Below, in pieces: positions 57,611 to 64,000 of a stretch of DNA of 64,000 nucleotides (within the stretch, counting starts at the first letter, position 1; every line of letters starts with the position of its first letter). Under the pieces are notes generated by a model. The model was not told the DNA's origin, searched no databases, and saw nothing but the letters and a program-made list of their open reading frames with translations. The DNA is from Myxococcota bacterium. Lineage in GTDB: Bacteria > Myxococcota_A > Polyangia > HGW-17. The stretch covers positions 14,804 to 78,803 of the forward strand of contig DAIRVS010000001.1 in the NCBI GenBank assembly GCA_036802685.1. Reading direction: 5' to 3'. Both the position numbers and the translations under genes were made by a program.

Positions 57611-59329
57611 TCAGTAGTGGAGAGTCATGCCCAGACCGGCCCCGCCTTGCAGCATCAGGGGTTCCCAGGTCACCTGCCCCCCCTCGGGGACAGTCTGCAG
57701 ACGGATCCGGGAGTCCGGGCTCGTGTCGATGAACGTGCGGTAGAGCGCCACGGCGAAGGACAACGCGGAGACGCCGTAGAGCACGTTCGCTGCGATGGCG
57801 TAGATCTTGCCGTCCTGCAGGCGCGCGTCGTTGCTGTACACCGGGATCCCCGCATCCAGGTCGGCCTGGTAGTCGTCCTTCAAGGAGACAGACTTGCCCC
57901 CGGCCCAGATGCCCGCTCCCAGGGCAGCCAGCCCCAGCACGTACCCCGAGATGGCGCCCGTGCGGTCCGGCGCCCGGTTGAGCGTGACCTCGTAGGACTT
58001 CTGCTCGCCCGGGGCCACCTCGACGCGGGTGGACACCGCCTTGCGATCCTTCTTGACGATGCGCAGGCGGTGGGCGCCGGCGGGGATCTTCACCCTGGAA
58101 CAGGGCGCCACGCAGACGGTCTTCCCGTCCACCTTCACCCGGGCGTCGCGCACGTTGCGCCCGAGGACGGTGAGGTAGCCGATGGGCTGCCGCTCCAGCG
58201 GGACGTGCACCGTGTTGCTCTCGCCGGCGGACACGTCGATCTCGCGCTTCTCGCCCCGGTATCCGTCCTGCTCCACGTACACCGTGTGCTTGCCGGGCGG
58301 GAGCACGCCGTTGTAAGGCGTGTGGCCCACGGGACCGATGTCCTTCTTGTCCACGAACACCTGGGCGCCGGGCACGTTGCTCGTGATCTGCACCCACGCC
58401 ATGTTCACGTCCTTCTTCAGGCTGACCATGATGTCGAGCATCCGGTTCTCCTGGACGTGGATCTCGCGCCGGATGTCCGAGAACCCCTTCATCTCGACGA
58501 TCAGGACGTGCTTGCCCAGGGGGATCTCGCCCTCGAACGGGGAGGTGCCGAGCTTCTCCTTTTTATCGTTCAGGTAGAGCGCGGCGCCCGGAGGATCCGT
58601 GGAGACCGCGGTCAGCGTGCGGGTGGCGATGGGCGGCAACTCGGGCTTCTCCAGAGGCGGCGCGGGCTTGTCCGCAGGCTTGTCCGCAGGCTTGTCGCCC
58701 GGCTTGTCCACGGGCTTGTCGCCAGGCTTGTCCACGGGCTTGTCGCCAGGCTTGTCGCCAGGCTTGTCCACGGGCTTGTCGCCAGGCTTGTCGCCCGGCT
58801 TGTCTGCAGGCTTGTCGCCCGGCTTGTCCGCAGGCTTGTCGCCCGGCTTGTCCGCAGGCTTGTCGCCAGGCTTGTCGCCAGGCTTGTCCACAGGCTTGTC
58901 CCCAGGCTTGTCCCCCGGCTTGTCCACGGGCTTTTTCAGGCTCTCCTTGTACTCGATGAGCCGATCGAGCAGCCGGATGCGCGCCTGAATGGACGCGAGC
59001 TCCTTGGTCTGGGGATCCTTGGCGAGGAAGTCGACGAAGTACTGCTTGGCCTGCTCGTACTTCTCCACTTTTTCATAGCAGACCGCGATGTTGAACAGGA
59101 ACGCCGGCAGGGGCTTGGCCTCGTAGGCCTTGAGGAAGGACTCGGCCGCCTTCTCGAACTGGCCCGCCCCGAAGAGGGCCTGACCGGCCTTGAAGTGCTC
59201 CTTGGCCTTCTCGGTGGCCTCGTCCTTTCTCGACTTGCTGTCGCCGCCTTTCTGGGCCATGGCGCCCGACGGACAGGCGGCGATCAGGATCAGGGAGAAC
59301 CAAAAAGACAGGAAATGTCTGGTTTTCAT
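57611..59329 (-). CDS. Secreted TPR protein with (DKPG/A/V)n repeat tract, three PEGA domains and C-terminal two-TM anchor module
   Basis: Start MKTRHFLSFWFSLILIAACPSGAMA at 59329. PEGA-like units around PGAALYLNDKKEKLGTSPF, PGAQVFVDKKDIGPVGHTPY and ARVKVDGKTVCVAPC. Confidence 0.8.
   Translation of the reverse strand: MKTRHFLSFWFSLILIAACPSGAMAQKGGDSKSRKDEATEKAKEHFKAGQALFGAGQFEKAAESFLKAYEAKPLPAFLFNIAVCYEKVEKYEQAKQYFVDFLAKDPQTKELASIQARIRLLDRLIEYKESLKKPVDKPGDKPGDKPVDKPGDKPGDKPADKPGDKPADKPGDKPADKPGDKPGDKPVDKPGDKPGDKPVDKPGDKPVDKPGDKPADKPADKPAPPLEKPELPPIATRTLTAVSTDPPGAALYLNDKKEKLGTSPFEGEIPLGKHVLIVEMKGFSDIRREIHVQENRMLDIMVSLKKDVNMAWVQITSNVPGAQVFVDKKDIGPVGHTPYNGVLPPGKHTVYVEQDGYRGEKREIDVSAGESNTVHVPLERQPIGYLTVLGRNVRDARVKVDGKTVCVAPCSRVKIPAGAHRLRIVKKDRKAVSTRVEVAPGEQKSYEVTLNRAPDRTGAISGYVLGLAALGAGIWAGGKSVSLKDDYQADLDAGIPVYSNDARLQDGKIYAIAANVLYGVSALSFAVALYRTFIDTSPDSRIRLQTVPEGGQVTWEPLMLQGGAGLGMTLHY
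58668..58930 (-). repeat. In-frame 15-bp tandem repeat (~17 units) encoding DKPGDKPADKPV...
   Basis: ggcttgtcgccaggcttgtccacgggcttgtc... seen directly. Confidence 0.9.
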
Positions 59330-59495
59330 GGCTGTCTCGTTCACGGTTTCCGGCCGGGAGCGGCCATACACCCCACAGAAATAGCACAAGTCGACGGGAT
59401 GTGCATGTGTTAAGTCCCGGCGGGTTCGGCGGAAATTGCACCTACATTTGACTCCATTGGAGTACTGTGGTACACAAACACCTAGGGAGGTGCAC

Positions 59496-59840
59496 ATGGA
59501 GCCTGGAATCGCCGAACACCGCAAGACACCGAGGTGGCGCGTCTTCTGCCCTGTCGTGGTGCGATCCGCCGAGTACGGCGAGGTCCGGGCGCTGGGCATC
59601 AACATCTCGTCGGGGGGCATCTTCATCCAGACCTTCGACCCGCTCCCGCTGGGCACCGCGGTCGAGATCCAACTGGGGGAGCACGAAGGCGTCATCGCCC
59701 GCGGCATCGTCCGCAGCCACTACTACATGACCTACCGTGAGCGCGAGAACCCGGCCTCCTGCACGGGCATGGGCGTGCGCTTCGTCGGCTTCGACGACGT
59801 CGTGACCGCCGACCGGGACGACGCGCACCCGCTGCATTGA
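59496..59840 (+). CDS. PilZ-domain protein (second single-domain copy)
   Basis: RKTPRWR (RxxxR) and NISSGG ([DN]xSxxG). GGGAGG RBS before ATG 59496. Confidence 0.75.
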   Translation: MEPGIAEHRKTPRWRVFCPVVVRSAEYGEVRALGINISSGGIFIQTFDPLPLGTAVEIQLGEHEGVIARGIVRSHYYMTYRERENPASCTGMGVRFVGFDDVVTADRDDAHPLH

Positions 59841-59908
59841 TCATCATTTCCATGCTCGGAACGAATAGGGGAGATCGGCGGGTTCCGGCCTTCGGCCGGC
59901 GGTGAACA

Positions 59909-61540
59909 CTAGCCCAGGATGGCCTTCAGGTCGGCCTCGGGCGTGGTGATCGGCATGATGTTGAACTTCTCCTGAAGGAAGGCCACCACCTCGGGCTTGA
60001 GGAACGCCGGCAGCGTCGGTCCCAGGCGCATGTTGCGGATGCCCAGGTGCAGGAGCGTCAGCAGGATGCAGACGGCCTTCTGCTCGTACCAGGAGAGCAC
60101 CAAGGAAAGCGGCAGGCCGTTCACGTCGGTGCCGAAGGCGTTGGCCAGCGCCACCGCGATCTGGATCGCGGAGTAGGCGTCGTTGCACTGGCCGACGTCG
60201 AGCAGCCGCGGGATGCCGCCGATGTCGCCAAAGTCGAGCTTGTTGAAGCGGTACTTGCCGCAGGCCAGCGTGAGGATCACGGTGTCCTTCGGGGCCTGCG
60301 TGGTGAAGTCGGTGTAGTAGTTGCGGCCGGGCTTCGCGCCGTCGCAGCCGCCCACCAGGAAGAAGTGGCGGATCTGGCCCGCCTTCACGGCGTCGATCAC
60401 GGGACCGGCGACCTTCATCACCGCGTCATGGCCGAAGCCCACCAGGATCTCGTGGGCCGGCTCGTCCGCGGTGAAGCCCGGCAGCGCCAGCGCCTTCTCG
60501 ATGACGGGACCGAAGTCCTCGCGGTCGGCCACGTGCACCACGCCCGGGAACGCCACCAGGCCCGTGGTGAAGATGCGGTCGCGATAGGAGTCCGCGGGCT
60601 TCTGGATGCAGTTGGTGGTCATCAGGATCGCGCCCGGGAACGCGTCGAACTCCTTCTTCTGGTTCTGCCAGGCGGAGCCGTAGTTGCCCACCAGGTGCGG
60701 GAACGCCTTCAGTTTCGGATAGCCGTGGGCGGGCAGCATCTCGCCGTGGGTGTAGATGTTGATCCCCTTGCCCGCGGTCTGGCGCAACAACGCCTCGAGA
60801 TCGCGCAGGTCGTGGCCGCTGACCAGGATGCACTTGCCCTTCACCGGGTTCACGTTGACCTTGGTGGGGGTGGGGTGGCCGTAGCTGCCGGTGTTGCCGG
60901 CGTCGAGCAGGCCCATGACCGTGAGGTTGAGCTCGCCCACCGCCAGCGCCTGGCCCACCAGCTGCTCGGTGGTCGGCTTCGTCTCGAGGAACGCCAGGAT
61001 CTCGTGCATCTTCGCGTACACGGCCGGGTCCTCCTGACCGACGATCATCGCGTGGTCGGCGTAGGCGGCCACACCCTTGAGCCCGTAGAGGATCAACTCC
61101 TCGAGGCCGACGTTGATCGGGTTCTCGTCGTCCTCGCGCTTCTTGAAGGAGGCGTCCAACGCCTGCACCAGGCGGCCGTCCTTGTCCTGGTGGAGGACGA
61201 ACGTGGCCGAGGCCGGCAGCCCCGCCAGGGAGACGCCCTTCGCCTTCAGCGCGCCCGCCAGACGGTCCCGCAGGGCCACCGCGTGAGCCACCAGCGCGTC
61301 GATCCTGTCCACGTCGAAGTTGACGTTGGTGATGGTGGTGAAGAGCGCCTCGAGGGTGAAGCGGTTCACCTCGACGTCGACGATGCCGTGTTCGCGGGCG
61401 ACCTTGGCGACCTGGGCCAGGCCCTTGGTGGACAGGATCAGCAGATCCTGCATGATCGCGGTCTCGTGCGTCTTGCCGCAGACGCCCTGCACGGTGCAGC
61501 CGGTTCCCTGAGCGGTTTGTTCACATTGAAAACAGAACAT
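59909..61540 (-). CDS. hcp: Hydroxylamine reductase / hybrid-cluster protein
   Basis: MFCFQCEQTAQGTGCT N-terminal Cys cluster. Full-length 543 aa. Confidence 0.95.
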   Translation of the reverse strand: MFCFQCEQTAQGTGCTVQGVCGKTHETAIMQDLLILSTKGLAQVAKVAREHGIVDVEVNRFTLEALFTTITNVNFDVDRIDALVAHAVALRDRLAGALKAKGVSLAGLPASATFVLHQDKDGRLVQALDASFKKREDDENPINVGLEELILYGLKGVAAYADHAMIVGQEDPAVYAKMHEILAFLETKPTTEQLVGQALAVGELNLTVMGLLDAGNTGSYGHPTPTKVNVNPVKGKCILVSGHDLRDLEALLRQTAGKGINIYTHGEMLPAHGYPKLKAFPHLVGNYGSAWQNQKKEFDAFPGAILMTTNCIQKPADSYRDRIFTTGLVAFPGVVHVADREDFGPVIEKALALPGFTADEPAHEILVGFGHDAVMKVAGPVIDAVKAGQIRHFFLVGGCDGAKPGRNYYTDFTTQAPKDTVILTLACGKYRFNKLDFGDIGGIPRLLDVGQCNDAYSAIQIAVALANAFGTDVNGLPLSLVLSWYEQKAVCILLTLLHLGIRNMRLGPTLPAFLKPEVVAFLQEKFNIMPITTPEADLKAILG

Positions 61541-61624
61541 GATGTTGCCTCCATCGGTAAGGGGTTGTGAAACGACTCTGCCGTTCCTCGGAAGTCGGTA
61601 TAACCGGAATTCGGATTCCGAATC

Positions 61625-61638
61625 TTGATCCGGATCAA
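61625..61638. promoter_or_regulatory. Perfect FNR/CRP-family box TTGAT-CCGG-ATCAA about 85 nt upstream of hcp (HcpR/FNR-type site candidate)
   Basis: Seen directly. It is embedded in a perfect 16-bp palindrome CTTGATCCGGATCAAG. A second 15-bp palindrome ATTCGGATTCCGAAT lies at 61609..61623. Confidence 0.55.
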
Positions 61639-61700
61639 GCGACCGCGAGAAACGCAGATGGCCTGATGCGAATGCATCGTGTCAATTCAGACTGGAGACT

Positions 61701-62102
61701 CTACTCGACCCTGACGAGGGTTTCAATGACGGCGTTGAGGGTGGCCGCGACGGAGCAGTACTTCTCGTGGCTCAGGTGCACGGCCCGTTCCAGCGCGGCG
61801 AGGGTGACGCCGGGCCCCGAGCCCACGTGGGTCAGCACGATCCGGGTGTAGCGCATGGGGTGATCGTCGGCGCGGTCCCCGGTGATCTCGATGCGGTAGG
61901 ACGCCAGCGGCTGTTTCTTCTTCTCCATGATGGAGACCACGTCGTAGCCCGTGCAGCCTCCCAGGGCGCCCAACAGCGCCTCCATGGGCGAGAAGAAAAG
62001 GTCCGGCTGCCCGGGATCGAGGACGAGGGTGCCGCCGCCGGCGTTGGTCCCGACGAAGCGGCGGGCGCCGTCGAGCTTCAGGGTGATGGTCTTCTGAGTC
62101 AT
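61701..62102 (-). CDS. OsmC/Ohr-family peroxiredoxin
   Basis: OsmC fold with the two conserved Cys (LGGCTGYD ... KYCSVAATL). Confidence 0.8.
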   Translation of the reverse strand: MTQKTITLKLDGARRFVGTNAGGGTLVLDPGQPDLFFSPMEALLGALGGCTGYDVVSIMEKKKQPLASYRIEITGDRADDHPMRYTRIVLTHVGSGPGVTLAALERAVHLSHEKYCSVAATLNAVIETLVRVE

Positions 62103-62129
62103 GCGTGCTCCTATCGTTGAGTGCCGGCT

Positions 62130-62924
62130 TCACCACACGGCGAGGCTGATCCCCCCCGAGAGGGTGATCACCTGACCGGAGACGTCCGGATCGATCGCAC
62201 AGTGCCGGGTCGCCGCGGTCTCCTCGCATAACCCGGTCCACTGCGGGAAGGCCACCTCGAAGCGGCCGTAGACGCGCAGGGTGTCGGACAACCAATAGTA
62301 GAGTGTGAGACCGGCCGAGAGATACACGCCCTCGGCGCGCTGCTTGAGACCGTCGGTGTACAGGGCCTGGCTAATATAGCCAACCCGGAACGACGGTGCG
62401 AGCTCGTAGGAGCCCGCCGGCCCGAGGGCGTCGGCGCGCCGGGCCAGCGGGATCGGCACCTGAAAATCGAGGGTCGGGGCGAACCCCGAGTGGACCAGGC
62501 TCTGGTGCAGGAGCAACGATCCGAGGAACGAGGCCCCGAGGGCGAAGTGCCGCCACGGCCGGTACAGACCGGTGATCTGCACCTGCGGACCCGCATGGGA
62601 GGCGAGGTCGCCCGCGCCGATCCCCACCCCGAGCTGGCCCTCGACCTGAAAACGCGGCACGTCGAGGCGAAGGCGCGTCAGGTGGCTGTCGGCTTCATAC
62701 CGGTCCACGCTGGTCAGCAACCCCTGGCCGTCGGAGAGCTGCTCCACGCGCTGGGGCACCGGGGCGGCCTCGGTGGGGGTCGCGTCCCCGGTGGGGGTCG
62801 TTTCCGGGTCGTCGTCCATGATGATCTCTTCGTCATTGTCCGGACGCGGCGCCGCGGCGGCCGGGGCCGAAGCGAGGACGCCCGCGAGGGACCAGAGCAT
62901 GCAGAGGATGAATGAAAGCCTCAT
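62130..62924 (-). CDS. Hypothetical outer-membrane beta-barrel-like protein
   Basis: Signal peptide MRLSFILCMLWSLAGVLASA. Alternating-hydrophobicity strands. C-terminal aromatic (…SLAVW). Confidence 0.55.
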   Translation of the reverse strand: MRLSFILCMLWSLAGVLASAPAAAAPRPDNDEEIIMDDDPETTPTGDATPTEAAPVPQRVEQLSDGQGLLTSVDRYEADSHLTRLRLDVPRFQVEGQLGVGIGAGDLASHAGPQVQITGLYRPWRHFALGASFLGSLLLHQSLVHSGFAPTLDFQVPIPLARRADALGPAGSYELAPSFRVGYISQALYTDGLKQRAEGVYLSAGLTLYYWLSDTLRVYGRFEVAFPQWTGLCEETAATRHCAIDPDVSGQVITLSGGISLAVW

Positions 62925-62958
62925 GTTTTATCTTTCCATGATTCTCCGGACGCGCAAG

Positions 62959-63708
62959 TTACGCGCCGGGCGCCAGCAGCGCGTCGGCCAACCGGGCGCA
63001 CACCTCGCCGGCCGGACCCTGGAGGAACACGTCGGTGATCGCGTCCGTGAAGTGGCTTGGCCGCAGGTTCACCTCCACGATGCGGGCGCCGTTCTCCTTG
63101 GCCGCCCAGGGCAGGGCGCACGCCGGCATGACCTCGCCGGTGGTGCCCACGACGAGGAAGACGTCGGCCTCCATGGTCTGGAAAGAGGCCGCCAGGGATG
63201 CCTCCCGGGGGATGCCCTCCCCGAAGAAGATGAAGTCCGGCTTCAGCAGGCCGCCGCAGCGCACGCAGAACGGCGGCGGATCCGAGAGGTCCACCTCGGA
63301 CTCCTTCCAGGTCTTGCCGCACTGCACGCAGACCAGGCGTCGCGTGGTGCCGTGGTATTCGATCACGTGGGTCGACCCCGCCTCCTGATGGAGGTTGTCG
63401 ATGTTCTGGGTGATCACCGCCTTCACGAGGCCGGCCTTCTCCAGCCGGGCGACGGCCTCGTGGGCGGGGTTGGGACGGGCGCCGCCGATGAAATCGTAAA
63501 ATATTTCCTTGATCAACTTCCAGGACCCCACCGGGTCCCGGAAAAAGACTTCGAGTTCCAGAAAGGCCGGGTCGACCTTGTTCCAAAGGCCGTCGGGTCC
63601 GCGAAACGGGGGGATCCCGCTCTCCACCGAGATCCCCGCCCCGGTGAAAACGACCAGGTGGCGCGACTCCCGCAGGATCCGGCAGGCCTCGTCAAAAGAA
63701 GTCGACAT
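62959..63708 (-). CDS. cobB: NAD-dependent protein deacylase, Sir2 family (CobB-like)
   Basis: GAGISVESGIPPFRG, QNIDNLHQ, Zn-binding CVQCG...CVRCGG. Start MSTSFDEACRIL at 63708. Confidence 0.85.
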   Translation of the reverse strand: MSTSFDEACRILRESRHLVVFTGAGISVESGIPPFRGPDGLWNKVDPAFLELEVFFRDPVGSWKLIKEIFYDFIGGARPNPAHEAVARLEKAGLVKAVITQNIDNLHQEAGSTHVIEYHGTTRRLVCVQCGKTWKESEVDLSDPPPFCVRCGGLLKPDFIFFGEGIPREASLAASFQTMEADVFLVVGTTGEVMPACALPWAAKENGARIVEVNLRPSHFTDAITDVFLQGPAGEVCARLADALLAPGA

Positions 63709-63927
63709 GGAATACTCTCCCCGGAGGTCGCGTTGAAGAGGCGTCTTCCGCGACCCGGAAGACCACACTACCACCGGAGAGCGGTCCCGGACAAGAGATG
63801 ATTCCCCGAAGAGTACATATTGACGAATAGGCCGATCTCTGTTAGTGAATGCGCACCTCACCGGCTTGGCACGTCCCCGGCGCCGTGTTTGATGCACGGG
63901 ATTGTGACGTGGAAAGGAACCGTCTTC

Positions 63928-64000
63928 ATGAAAACATTCGTCACCCTTCTCTTGAGTCTCTCTTTCGTCGCGAGCATCGCCTGCGAGCGCATGCCCAAGG
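63928..64000 (+). CDS. Partial lipoprotein-like ORF running off the window end
   Basis: GGAAAGGAA RBS then ATG. MKTFVTLLLSLSFVASIAC signal/lipobox. Confidence 0.4.
   Translation, partial: MKTFVTLLLSLSFVASIACERMPK

Noticed and set aside
58668-58930. Regular short tandem repeats (here and at 5381, 28730, 14563, 2063) as possible CRISPR arrays
   Set aside because: They are 9-30 bp in-frame coding repeats without unique spacers or leader, inside well-supported ORFs. They are low-complexity protein repeats, not CRISPR.
62959-63708. Sir2-domain gene as part of a Thoeris/DSR-type defence system
   Set aside because: It is a short (249 aa) CobB-like sirtuin with a Zn-ribbon Cys4 and no fused SLOG/TIR/effector domain. 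It sits in an operon with an OMP and OsmC, so a housekeeping deacylase is more parsimonious.

Overview
This is a high-GC (roughly two-thirds G+C) chromosomal segment that looks Myxococcota-like. That attribution is inferred from hallmark protein families: Myxococcus cysteine-rich repeats, many Hanks-type Ser/Thr kinases, PEGA and FGE-sulfatase domain lipoproteins, and RCC1 propellers. The coding content is dense (about 55 CDS) and mixes housekeeping metabolism with a large complement of secreted or lipoprotein repeat proteins. Housekeeping genes called are ackA, rex, panD, msrA, iorAB, pruA-like P5C dehydrogenase, dapL, a GlcD-like FAD oxidase, alpha-glucan phosphorylase, PNP, rpsD, hcp, OsmC, and a CobB-like sirtuin. 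No rRNA, tRNA, CRISPR array or intact mobile element was found. Many long ORFs in the supplied track are antisense or alternate-frame artefacts of the high GC content and were discarded. The most notable observations are listed below.
- A four-gene unit iorA-iorB-(SpoA/FliN-like C-ring domain protein)-PilZ is joined by three ATGA start/stop overlaps.
- A modular family of lipoproteins shares a leader, an Asn-rich tether and a Myxococcus Cys-rich stalk, with swapped FGE-sulfatase or RCC1 heads. It includes two tandem paralogs with duplicated 5-prime ends.
- A low-GC patch (about 6.2-8.8 kb) carries a frameshifted divergent FGE paralog and a DUF932 (phage/plasmid-like) gene remnant.
- A 27-nt (GAAATC)n element occurs in two copies, each immediately 3-prime of a lipoprotein gene in matching orientation.
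- A paralogous envelope-protein family combines TPR or PEGA domains, hypervariable charged tandem repeats and a shared two-TM C-terminal module.
- A tandem two-kinase-domain protein has an atypical first catalytic loop.
- A perfect FNR/CRP-type box (TTGAT-N4-ATCAA) lies upstream of hcp.
- Rex is followed in the same operon by a kinase C-lobe-only fragment.
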